A stretch of 44,507 bases of DNA from an uncultured Acidimicrobiaceae bacterium (GCA_964349215.1 CAYGGL010000001.1:4942-49448), one strand, 5' to 3'; counted from the first letter of the stretch, positions 18,541 to 25,769 are shown. The notes: generated by a model not told the origin, from the letters alone. Numbers and translations: made by a program.

Positions 18541-19364
18541 CTCTTTCGGCCAGTCAAGTGGCCGAATTAATGAGCCGCCACGGCTTAAAACCCAGTCGTG
18601 CACTGGGCCAAAACTTTGTGATCGATCCCAATACCGTGCGTCGTATTGCGCGCCTCGCAGAGGTTGGATCGGGCCAAAAAGTAGTTGAGATAGGCGCAGG
18701 TCTTGGTTCCTTGACGCTGGCACTGATTGAAACTGGGGCAGAGGTGCTGGCAGTAGAGCTTGACCGCTATCTGATTCCGGTACTTGAAGAAGTCGTAGAA
18801 CCACATGGGGCCCGGGTCGTACAAGGCGATGCCCTTGTTCTTGATTGGCAAGAACTATTGGTTGATCCCCCCTGGGTTTTGGTTGCAAACCTTCCCTACA
18901 ACGTTGCGACCATTGTGGTTGCTGACTTGTTGGACCATGTGCCGGCTATTTCACGCATGTTGGTAATGGTGCAGCGCGAGGTAGGCGAGCGTATGGCCGC
19001 AAAGGTGGGCGACAAGGCATACGGAGCCCTTTCGGTGAAGATCGCTTATTGGGCCAAAGCTTCATTAGTAGGTCGCGTGCCTCCTACGGTCTTTCTTCCT
19101 CAGCCAAGGGTGGAATCGACGCTGGTCTCTATTGAACGACTCGTTGCCCCTGCAGTTGATCCCTCACAGGTAGATTCCAAATGGCTATTCACATTGGTCC
19201 GGGCTGGTTTTGCCCAGCGGCGCAAAATGTTGCGTCGATCATTAGCCGGCCTGGTTGCCCCTGAGGCCTTTATTGATGCAGGTATTCGTCCTGAGGCTCG
19301 TGCAGAAGAGCTGGACGTTATCGAGTGGGGCAGACTGGCCCAGAACGCAAAGCAACCTGCTTGA
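18534..19364 (+). CDS. rsmA: 16S rRNA (adenine1518/1519-N6)-dimethyltransferase RsmA/KsgA
   Basis: LGQNFVIDPN, VVEIGAGLGSLT, VANLPYNV, FAQRRKML. Confidence 0.92.
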   Translation: MVTLSASQVAELMSRHGLKPSRALGQNFVIDPNTVRRIARLAEVGSGQKVVEIGAGLGSLTLALIETGAEVLAVELDRYLIPVLEEVVEPHGARVVQGDALVLDWQELLVDPPWVLVANLPYNVATIVVADLLDHVPAISRMLVMVQREVGERMAAKVGDKAYGALSVKIAYWAKASLVGRVPPTVFLPQPRVESTLVSIERLVAPAVDPSQVDSKWLFTLVRAGFAQRRKMLRRSLAGLVAPEAFIDAGIRPEARAEELDVIEWGRLAQNAKQPA

Positions 19365-19389
19365 TTAAATAACTATTTGATTCAATAAC
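19362..19389 (+). repeat. AT-rich direct repeat TGATTAAATAAC / TGATTCAATAAC (period 16) bridging the rsmA stop and the ispE start
   Basis: Read directly. The first copy contains the rsmA TGA. The second ends 1 nt before the ispE ATG. Confidence 0.5.
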
Positions 19390-19390
19390 C

Positions 19391-20122
19391 ATGAACCCAA
19401 ACCCAACACAATTTCTGCCGACAACCGTAAGGGCGTTGGCCAAGCTGACTCTCTCACTGCGCATTGGCCAGACGCGTCCAGATGGTTATCACGAGATTGA
19501 TGCAGAAATGGTCACGCTTGATTTATGCGATGAGTTGACATTCAAGCCCGGCGACGGCCTCGAAGTATTTGGTGCCGTTGGACTACCGATTCAAAGTGAT
19601 GACGACAATTTGGTTCGGCGCGCTCTTAAGGCAACTGGCCGCACGGCACAGGTTCGACTTGATAAGCGCATTCCAGCAGGGGCCGGACTTGGTGGAGGTT
19701 CGGCCGATGCGGCTGCAGTCCTTCGCTGGGCGGGTTGTGACGACATTGAAATAGCCGCAAGCCTCGGAGCAGACGTCCCGTTTTGCTTGATAGGCGGCCA
19801 TGCCCGCGTGAGTGGATTGGGCGAGATCATTGAGCCATTGCCTGCGACAAATAAGACATTCACGCTTCTCACGCCGCCCTTTGGCGTTTCTACGGTTGCG
19901 GTATATCGCAAGTGGGATGAACTCGGTGGCCCACGAAATGTTGGTCCAAATGATCTTGAGATTGCCGCCATAGCCGTGGAACCTCGACTCGTTGAGTGGA
20001 GAGAACGACTTAAAGAATTAACTGGACTTGAACCAGTGTTGGCGGGAAGCGGATCAACATGGTTTGTCGAAGGTGACTTCGAGGGCGAAGGGCTAGTTGT
20101 GACGCGAACCGACCGCCCCTGA
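19391..20122 (+). CDS. ispE: 4-diphosphocytidyl-2-C-methyl-D-erythritol kinase
   Basis: LAKLTLSLRIGQTRPDGYHEI, the GHMP motif IPAGAGLGGGSADAAAVL, and AGSGSTWF. At 243 aa it is short for the family. Confidence 0.88.
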   Translation: MNPNPTQFLPTTVRALAKLTLSLRIGQTRPDGYHEIDAEMVTLDLCDELTFKPGDGLEVFGAVGLPIQSDDDNLVRRALKATGRTAQVRLDKRIPAGAGLGGGSADAAAVLRWAGCDDIEIAASLGADVPFCLIGGHARVSGLGEIIEPLPATNKTFTLLTPPFGVSTVAVYRKWDELGGPRNVGPNDLEIAAIAVEPRLVEWRERLKELTGLEPVLAGSGSTWFVEGDFEGEGLVVTRTDRP

Positions 20123-20135
20123 CAGGGCGGTCGGT
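20108..20135. terminator. Perfect 11-bp stem hairpin ACCGACCGCCC-N6-GGGCGGTCGGT between convergent ispE and bS22 genes
   Basis: Read directly. The ispE TGA sits in the loop. There is no U-tract on either strand, so it would be an I-shaped terminator. Confidence 0.4.
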
Positions 20136-20177
20136 CATTGGTCAGCTAGTCAATGTTTAGCTACGAGCTGTAAGTGG

Positions 20178-20276
20178 TTACTTCTTAGCTCGTCGTTGGA
20201 AGCGCGTTCGCTTCAACATCTTCTTGTGCTTCTTCTTGCGCATTCTTTTGCGGCGTTTTTTAATCAACGAACCCAT
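20178..20276 (-). CDS. 30S ribosomal protein bS22 (32 aa)
   Basis: Below the ORF-track cut-off. Manual translation gives MGSLIKKRRKRMRKKKHKKMLKRTRFQRRAKK, close to mycobacterial bS22 as I recall it (MGSVIKKRRKRM.KKKH.KLL..TR.QRR). Confidence 0.8.
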   Translation of the reverse strand: MGSLIKKRRKRMRKKKHKKMLKRTRFQRRAKK

Positions 20277-20324
20277 GAGGATCACGAGGTTACCGGGAGA
20301 AAGGGCAAGAGACGCAACTGGGGC

Positions 20325-20330
20325 TAGTAT
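20325..20330 (+). promoter_or_regulatory. Candidate -10 hexamer TAGTAT for tRNA-Gln
   Basis: Fits the actinobacterial TANNNT consensus and lies 12 nt upstream of tRNA position 1. No clear -35 element. Confidence 0.3.
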
Positions 20331-20342
20331 GTTCGAGGCTGT

Positions 20343-20418
20343 TGGCGGGTAGTTCAGCTGGCAGAACGCCTGATTTTGGATCAGGAGGTCGCAGGTTCGA
20401 TCCCTGCCCCGCCAGCCA
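20343..20418 (+). tRNA. tRNA-Gln (anticodon UUG), CCA encoded
   Basis: Folded by hand. Acceptor TGGCGGG/CCCGCCA (U1:A72), D stem GTTC/GAAC, anticodon stem CCTGA/TCAGG with loop TTTTGGA, T stem GCAGG/CCTGC with loop TTCGATC, discriminator G, then CCA. Confidence 0.95.
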
Positions 20419-20469
20419 TTTCCCTTCTCATCTCCACTATTTCCATCCGAGACCGTCCTACCCCAGATC

Positions 20470-20475
20470 TATCCT
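20470..20475 (+). promoter_or_regulatory. Candidate -10 hexamer TATCCT placed 6 nt before the SIR2-like ATG (leaderless geometry)
   Basis: TANNNT match. There is no Shine-Dalgarno in the pyrimidine-rich 63 nt between the tRNA and the ATG. Confidence 0.3.
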
Positions 20476-20481
20476 GGACCC

Positions 20482-21987
20482 ATGTCTCGTTTTGTGCTCT
20501 CGCAAACCTCGGTCGTTTCAGCCCTGGACGACTTGGCAAATCAGAAAGAAATCACCGTGTTTGTCGGTGCTGGCTCAAGCGAGCAGGCCGGACTGCCAAC
20601 GTGGAACACTTTGGTGGAGCATCTACTGGTTCGAGTCGGATCGCTTCAAGGACTTTCTGATGACGATGCCATCGAGTTCGCTGATTGGACCATTAAGAGC
20701 GAGGGCTTAATGGGATCTGCTGCCATAGCTGAAGATGCCCTTGGTCCAGATTTTGAATTGGAACTAGGCAAGGCGTTATACGGTGAACGTAAGAAGCTTG
20801 TTCCTGGCGAAATTGCCGATGCCGTAGCTCGTCTTTGGGTCAATTGTGCAGACTCAGATTTAGAGATCGTCACAACTAACTACGACCTGACTCTTGAAGA
20901 TGCCCTTAAGTTTGAACTTAAAAAGCATCCAAAGCTTAAGGGCCTATCCCCAGTTTCGTTACATGATGGACGGCCGGCACCTGACGACAAACTGGTTGTT
21001 CGTCACCTGCATGGAGTCTTGCCTCCCACTGGTAAAAAGATTGGCGAAGTCATACTTACCGAAGGTTCGTATCAGCAGATGCAAAACAGTCCGTGCTGGC
21101 AGGAGGAATACTTTTCCAAAAGGCTTCAGACAAGCTCATGTCTCTTCGTCGGTACCAGTCTTTCCGACCCCAACATTTTGAGGTACCTCTACAGAGCCAA
21201 AGGTGACCTTGGAAGAAAACACTATGCGGTGTTTGTGAGGCAACAAGATGCCGAGATGTACGTTGAGCTGGACGAGAATATATGTGACGTACGTGAAGAC
21301 ATGAGTTCGAAACGTTGGGAAAATATTGGGGTGAGCCCAATCAGACTTGACTACTTTGCTGAAAGTGCTCAATTCCTTCATGAACTGGCCCTGAAAAAGA
21401 AAAACCCGAGTGCAGCCCCATTTGAAGAGCGGATGGAGTTTCTTGATGGACTCAGGACTCGGTACGAATTTTCGGAAGCGATTGAAGTTTTCGTGCCTAA
21501 CCAAGATCAGAAGCAAGAGTTACTCGCTCGTATAGTCGATGCGATATCTTCCGAGCTTCAAGAAGAAGGCTGCCCGCTCGGTCGGGGAGAGCGTCTCGGG
21601 TGTTCGTTATGGAGATATGATTCCGCTAGAAACCAGCTCATCAACTGGTTTTCTTCTGACCGGTCCTGGCGAAACCCAAGCACACTTGAACCTGTTGAAA
21701 TCAAGTGGCATAGCGACTTCGTATCTGTTATTGCATTTTGTAAGGGGAGTTGGACTTCATACAGTTCCGCACAACAATCGGCAACACGGTGGAACCATAT
21801 TATAGGTTTGCCGTTGTTTTCTGATGGCGAGGAGTTGGGCCGTCTTCCATTGGGAGTCATTACAATTGGTTCAACTGAGAGTGAATCTCATAGTGCACTG
21901 GCAAGAGGGACAAGCATCCTGGCCCCCTACATCCGTACGCTTATGCCAATATGTTCTGAGGCACTCGGTGCAGAGCGGAAAATTTGA
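20482..21987 (+). CDS. SIR2-like (SIR2_2/defence-sirtuin type) protein with an uncharacterised GAF-like C-terminal domain
   Basis: VFVGAGSSEQAGLPTWNTL, IVTTNYDLTLE (N133, D135), VVRHLHG (H175/H177), LFVGTSLSDPNI. No CxxC Zn ribbon. C-terminal residues ~345-495: LGCSLWRYD..LINWFSS..VSVIAFCKGSW..HIIGLPLFSDGEELGRLPLGVITIGST. Confidence 0.8.
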   Translation: MSRFVLSQTSVVSALDDLANQKEITVFVGAGSSEQAGLPTWNTLVEHLLVRVGSLQGLSDDDAIEFADWTIKSEGLMGSAAIAEDALGPDFELELGKALYGERKKLVPGEIADAVARLWVNCADSDLEIVTTNYDLTLEDALKFELKKHPKLKGLSPVSLHDGRPAPDDKLVVRHLHGVLPPTGKKIGEVILTEGSYQQMQNSPCWQEEYFSKRLQTSSCLFVGTSLSDPNILRYLYRAKGDLGRKHYAVFVRQQDAEMYVELDENICDVREDMSSKRWENIGVSPIRLDYFAESAQFLHELALKKKNPSAAPFEERMEFLDGLRTRYEFSEAIEVFVPNQDQKQELLARIVDAISSELQEEGCPLGRGERLGCSLWRYDSARNQLINWFSSDRSWRNPSTLEPVEIKWHSDFVSVIAFCKGSWTSYSSAQQSATRWNHIIGLPLFSDGEELGRLPLGVITIGSTESESHSALARGTSILAPYIRTLMPICSEALGAERKI

Positions 21988-22030
21988 GTTAAGTCCGACC
22001 GTGTCATACCCGATCGATAAGGTGATGGAT

Positions 22031-22204
22031 ATGAACAAAGGTGTTAGCAAGGTGATCAGTGGTATTCCTAAGGAGGGCCTTCCTAGTCGTGCCGCTCAGA
22101 AGGAACTTAAGTTGATCGCAGAATCGGTACGGTCTTCGGATTCGGCTAAAGAAATTAACCGTGCAATTCAGGCTCGCAAACTAGAAAAAGCTAAGAACCG
22201 CTGA
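22031..22204 (+). CDS. Small basic, predicted helical protein (57 aa, or 59 aa from ATG 22025)
   Basis: M(DM)NKGVSKVISGIPKEGLPSRAAQKELKLIAESVRSSDSAKEINRAIQARKLEKAKNR. AAGGTG lies 7 nt upstream of ATG 22031. It begins 44 nt after the SIR2-like stop. No recognisable family. Confidence 0.45.
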   Translation: MNKGVSKVISGIPKEGLPSRAAQKELKLIAESVRSSDSAKEINRAIQARKLEKAKNR

Positions 22205-22264
22205 CATTCTGAGTCAGGCAGAAAGAAATCCGTACCCGTGTTGTGATGCGGTCGTTGATCTAGG

Positions 22265-23371
22265 GTGGCCGTAATGGCTGAACGGAAGTTGACCTCGGTG
22301 ATTTTGGCTGCGGGAATTGGAACCCGCATGCGTTCCGAACGCCCAAAGCCACTTCATCTCTTGTGTGGTCGGGCAATGCTCCTTCATGTTCTCGATGCCG
22401 TAGCCGAGCTTGAAGTTGAGCGAGCGGTTGTTGTTGTTGGACACGGTGCAGAACGGGTTACCAAGAAGCTCATTGAACTCGGCCCAAACGGTCTACCCAT
22501 AGATTTCGTTGTACAAGCAGAACAACGCGGTACCGGCGATGCTCTCATGGCAGGACTCACTGCGTTTCCAGACGACGATGTAGACGATGGTGACTTGTTA
22601 GTCCTCCCCGGCGACACCCCATTGCTCCTCAGTGACACCCTTGCGCACCTTGTTAGCACCCATCGAAAGGCTGAGGCAGCGGCAACCTTGTTGACCGCTC
22701 GACTAAACGATCCAACTGGCTATGGCCGAGTCATCAGAGACAAGGGGAATCGCATCGTCCGCATAGTGGAACAGGCCGATTCAACACCCGAAGAGGCTCT
22801 GGTCGATGAGGTGGCGACTTCTATCTATTGCTTCCGTCGCAGTCTCGTGGCCCCAGCCCTGCGCCGTCTGGATCCCGAGAACGCACAAGGTGAGTACTAT
22901 CTGACTGATGTAATCGAGGTCCTCGGGGCAGCTGGGTATCCCATTGCGTCGTATGTGGTCGAGGATGCACTCGAGATCGTAGGTGTCAACGATCGAGCGC
23001 AGTTGGCAGCGGCCGAAGCCGAGCTCCGACGACGTACTAACCAAAAATGGATGAGCCTAGGCGTCACGATGATTGACCCGGCTCAAACCTATGTAGATGC
23101 AACAGTTGAGTTGGCACCCGATGTCACATTGTTTCCGGGAACAATTCTCCAAGGGCGCACCCGAGTGGGTAGTGGTGCAGAGATTGGACCGAACTCCCAG
23201 TTGATCGATTGCGTGGTGGGCGATGACGCCGTTGTTGCCAAAACCGTTGGTGATAACGCCGAAATCGGCTCTCAAGCCCATGTCGGCCCCTTTGCTTATC
23301 TTGGCCCGGGAACGGTCATAGCCAAGGGTGAAGTGATCGGACCGTTCTACAATGGAAATTCGAGGACATAA
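22265..23371 (+). CDS. glmU: GlmU-like UDP-N-acetylglucosamine pyrophosphorylase with a C-terminally short left-handed beta-helix domain
   Basis: VILAAGIGTRMRSERPKPLHLLCGRAML, GTGDAL, YYLTDV, then hexapeptide repeats ending at VGPFAYLGPGTVIAKGEVIGPF. It is only 368 aa against ~455-495 aa for canonical GlmU. Confidence 0.8.
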   Translation: MAVMAERKLTSVILAAGIGTRMRSERPKPLHLLCGRAMLLHVLDAVAELEVERAVVVVGHGAERVTKKLIELGPNGLPIDFVVQAEQRGTGDALMAGLTAFPDDDVDDGDLLVLPGDTPLLLSDTLAHLVSTHRKAEAAATLLTARLNDPTGYGRVIRDKGNRIVRIVEQADSTPEEALVDEVATSIYCFRRSLVAPALRRLDPENAQGEYYLTDVIEVLGAAGYPIASYVVEDALEIVGVNDRAQLAAAEAELRRRTNQKWMSLGVTMIDPAQTYVDATVELAPDVTLFPGTILQGRTRVGSGAEIGPNSQLIDCVVGDDAVVAKTVGDNAEIGSQAHVGPFAYLGPGTVIAKGEVIGPFYNGNSRT

Positions 23372-23419
23372 TTAAGGCCCCCAATCAATTGGCATCAAGA
23401 AACGGAGCGTGAAGCCGAA

Positions 23420-24409
23420 ATGGCTATGGAGCTGGTCACCAAGAAGAAGCTTCAATTGCTTGGGGGTCGCACGCATCCTGCACTTGCCGAAGAAATTGCC
23501 GCTCATCTTGGGGTCGAGTTAGGCGAGACCAATCTTGTTGACTTTGCCAATTCAGAGATGCGCTGTCGTTTTGGAGAATCAGTGCGTGGTGCAGACGTGT
23601 TTATTCTGCAACCTCATTCCTCATCTGATCACCGTTCGGTGAACGATTCTTTAATGGAACAGCTCATCATGATCGATGCAGCTAAGCGGGCCTCTGCCAA
23701 GCGCATCACCGCGGTTTGCCCTTATTACGGATATTCACGACAAGATCGCAAGGCCGAAGGCCGTGAACCAATCACCGCAAAATTGGTAGCCGATCTGCTC
23801 TACGCCGCAGGCGCACATCGGGTAGTAAGCGTCGATCTTCACTCAGGCCAGATCCAAGGTTTCTTTGATGGACCGGTAGATCACTTAACCGCAATGCCGG
23901 TGATAGTTGATTATCTACGCAACAATCTGCACGGCGAGTTGGTCGTTGTCGCACCTGACGCCGGTCGAGTAAAGGTCGCTGAGCGCATGGCTCAACACCT
24001 GCACGCCGATTTGGCCATCGTCCACAAGCGCCGTCCAAAGGGAATGGCCAATGTGGTTGAGGCACGCGATGTGGTTGGCGACGTCGAGGGGCGTATTTGT
24101 GTGCTTGTTGACGACATGATCGACACAGCCGGCACAATCGTTGCGGCTGCAGAACAGCTGAAAGACCACGGTGCCTCCAACGTTTGGGCAGCCGCTACCC
24201 ATGGGGTATTTTCGGATCCGGCAATCGACCGCCTTAAGAATTCAGTGATCGATCGGGTAATTATCACCAATACCTTGCCTCTTCCAGCTGAGAAACGGAT
24301 AGACAAGATCGAAGTCCTTTCAATAGCAGGACTCATTGCCGACGCAATTGACGCAGTATTTGAAGATACGTCGGTTTCAGAGATATTTGGTGGCGATAAC
24401 CAGGCTTAG
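23420..24409 (+). CDS. prs: Ribose-phosphate pyrophosphokinase
   Basis: YYGYSRQDRK, VDLHSGQIQGFF, VLVDDMIDTAGT. Confidence 0.95.
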   Translation: MAMELVTKKKLQLLGGRTHPALAEEIAAHLGVELGETNLVDFANSEMRCRFGESVRGADVFILQPHSSSDHRSVNDSLMEQLIMIDAAKRASAKRITAVCPYYGYSRQDRKAEGREPITAKLVADLLYAAGAHRVVSVDLHSGQIQGFFDGPVDHLTAMPVIVDYLRNNLHGELVVVAPDAGRVKVAERMAQHLHADLAIVHKRRPKGMANVVEARDVVGDVEGRICVLVDDMIDTAGTIVAAAEQLKDHGASNVWAAATHGVFSDPAIDRLKNSVIDRVIITNTLPLPAEKRIDKIEVLSIAGLIADAIDAVFEDTSVSEIFGGDNQA

Positions 24410-24477
24410 GGATTTGGCAAATCCTTAGGGTAGAGTAGAGGACCTTTCCAGAATCTGTTCTCGCAGGAGCGCGTCTC

Positions 24478-25155
24478 ATGGCTGAAATGACCCTAATTGC
24501 TGAATCAAATAGAGAGACAGGTACCCGTCCATCGGGTCGCCTACGTACTGAAAATAAGATTCCCGGGATTGTTTACGGGGCGGGGGGAGATTCTCAGTCC
24601 GTAACTGTCGCCAGGCGTGATCTTCGTATTGCGCTCTCCGGTGATCATGGTGCACACGCTTTGATCAATCTCAAGGTTGGATCCGATAGCCAACTTGTGA
24701 TGGTAAAAGATATGCAGCGCAATGCCGTTAGAAATGAAGTCATACATGTTGACTTTCTGAGAGTAAGCCGCGACTCGGCAGTTAACGCCGAAGTGGAGAT
24801 CACACTTGTGGGCGATGCTCATGAGGTGCGTCTTGCGGGCGGCAAGGTTGAACAACAGCTCTTCAAGGTTGCAATGAGCGCAAAGCCTAATGACATTCCT
24901 GCTGAAATCGTCGTCGATATTTCTGCGCTGGTGCCTGGCCAGATTCTGCGTGTAGCTGAACTCGAGGTCCCAGCCGGCGTGACGTTTACAACTGCAGAAG
25001 ACGAAATCGTTGCAGTCGGACACATCAACAAGCGCGTTGCCGGCCAGGATGGCGAAGAAGGCGGTCCAGAAGATCAAGGCGGCGAGGGAGCCGAGTCTGC
25101 AGTTCAAGGCGCCGGCAGTTCTAATGCCGAGACTGGCACCGCCGAAGGCGAGTAG
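24478..25155 (+). CDS. rplY: 50S ribosomal protein L25/general stress protein Ctc
   Basis: RLRTENKIPGIVYG, VKDMQRNAVRNEVIHVDF, and an acidic Gly/Glu-rich tail. Confidence 0.9.
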   Translation: MAEMTLIAESNRETGTRPSGRLRTENKIPGIVYGAGGDSQSVTVARRDLRIALSGDHGAHALINLKVGSDSQLVMVKDMQRNAVRNEVIHVDFLRVSRDSAVNAEVEITLVGDAHEVRLAGGKVEQQLFKVAMSAKPNDIPAEIVVDISALVPGQILRVAELEVPAGVTFTTAEDEIVAVGHINKRVAGQDGEEGGPEDQGGEGAESAVQGAGSSNAETGTAEGE

Positions 25156-25163
25156 TTAAAGCC

Positions 25164-25769
25164 ATGCTCGGCCGCGGTGATGGTCGAGTACATCGAGGCA
25201 CCCCTGCCGACATTTTGGTCATTGGGCTTGGGAACCCGGGTGAGGAATACGCCGGGACCCGCCACAATATTGGTGCCGAGACTCTTAATATCTTGGCTGT
25301 CCGTCACCGGACAAAGCTGACATCTACCAAGTGCAGAGCTCTTGCCGGTGAGACACGCTTTGGTGACAAACGGGTGGTGCTGGCGTTTCCTTTGACTTTT
25401 TATAATGAGGCAGGAAATGCCGTAGTGGCCCTTGCCAAACGTCACGGCATTGATCAACCGAACCAGGTAGTTGTCATCCACGATGAGCTAGATCTCGAGC
25501 CGGGCACCTTTAAGGTGAAAGTTGGTGGTGGCCTTGCCGGTAACAATGGCTTGAAGTCAATTAAGTCGCATCTGCATTCCGACGATTTCGTGAGAGTGCG
25601 TATAGGTGTTGGAAAGCCACCTGGACGTGGTGAAGGAGTCGATCATGTCCTGCGCCGTCCGGGAAAAGCCGAAAGAGCGGAGCTTGATGTAGTTATTGAA
25701 CGCGCTGCTGATGCAGTCGAGGCAATTGTCGCAGAAGGCCCCAATGCGGCAATGAACAGGTTCAATTGA
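25164..25769 (+). CDS. pth: Peptidyl-tRNA hydrolase
   Basis: LVIGLGNPGEEYAGTRHNIG, HDELDL, GGGLAGNNGLKS. Confidence 0.92.
   Translation: MLGRGDGRVHRGTPADILVIGLGNPGEEYAGTRHNIGAETLNILAVRHRTKLTSTKCRALAGETRFGDKRVVLAFPLTFYNEAGNAVVALAKRHGIDQPNQVVVIHDELDLEPGTFKVKVGGGLAGNNGLKSIKSHLHSDDFVRVRIGVGKPPGRGEGVDHVLRRPGKAERAELDVVIERAADAVEAIVAEGPNAAMNRFN

Noticed and set aside
20342-20710. Track ORFs 20342..20710 and 20376..20660 (+).
   Set aside because: They run through the tRNA-Gln gene and the out-of-frame start of the SIR2-like CDS, so they are spurious.
20482-21987. Calling the SIR2-like protein ThsA of a Thoeris system.
   Set aside because: No TIR-domain ThsB gene is adjacent. The C-terminal domain lacks the Gly-rich Rossmann/SLOG pattern. 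Only the general SIR2-plus-sensor logic is shared.
21824-22030. The long 126-aa version of the small ORF downstream of the SIR2-like gene.
   Set aside because: It overlaps the SIR2-like CDS by 164 nt in another frame. An internal ATG with an AAGGTG ribosome-binding site after the SIR2-like stop is more plausible.
20343-22264. A tRNA-Gln-integrated mobile element or prophage remnant with att repeats.
   Set aside because: No integrase or recombinase ORF is present, and I could not find a repeat of the tRNA 3' end near the glmU side. I therefore describe it only as a tRNA-proximal islet.
24410-24477. A hairpin GGATTT-GGC-AAATCC and TTGGCA/TAGAGT-like promoter elements between prs and rplY.
   Set aside because: The stem is only 6 bp with no U-tract. 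The spacing between the -35-like and -10-like hexamers (11 nt) is wrong for a sigma-70-type promoter.
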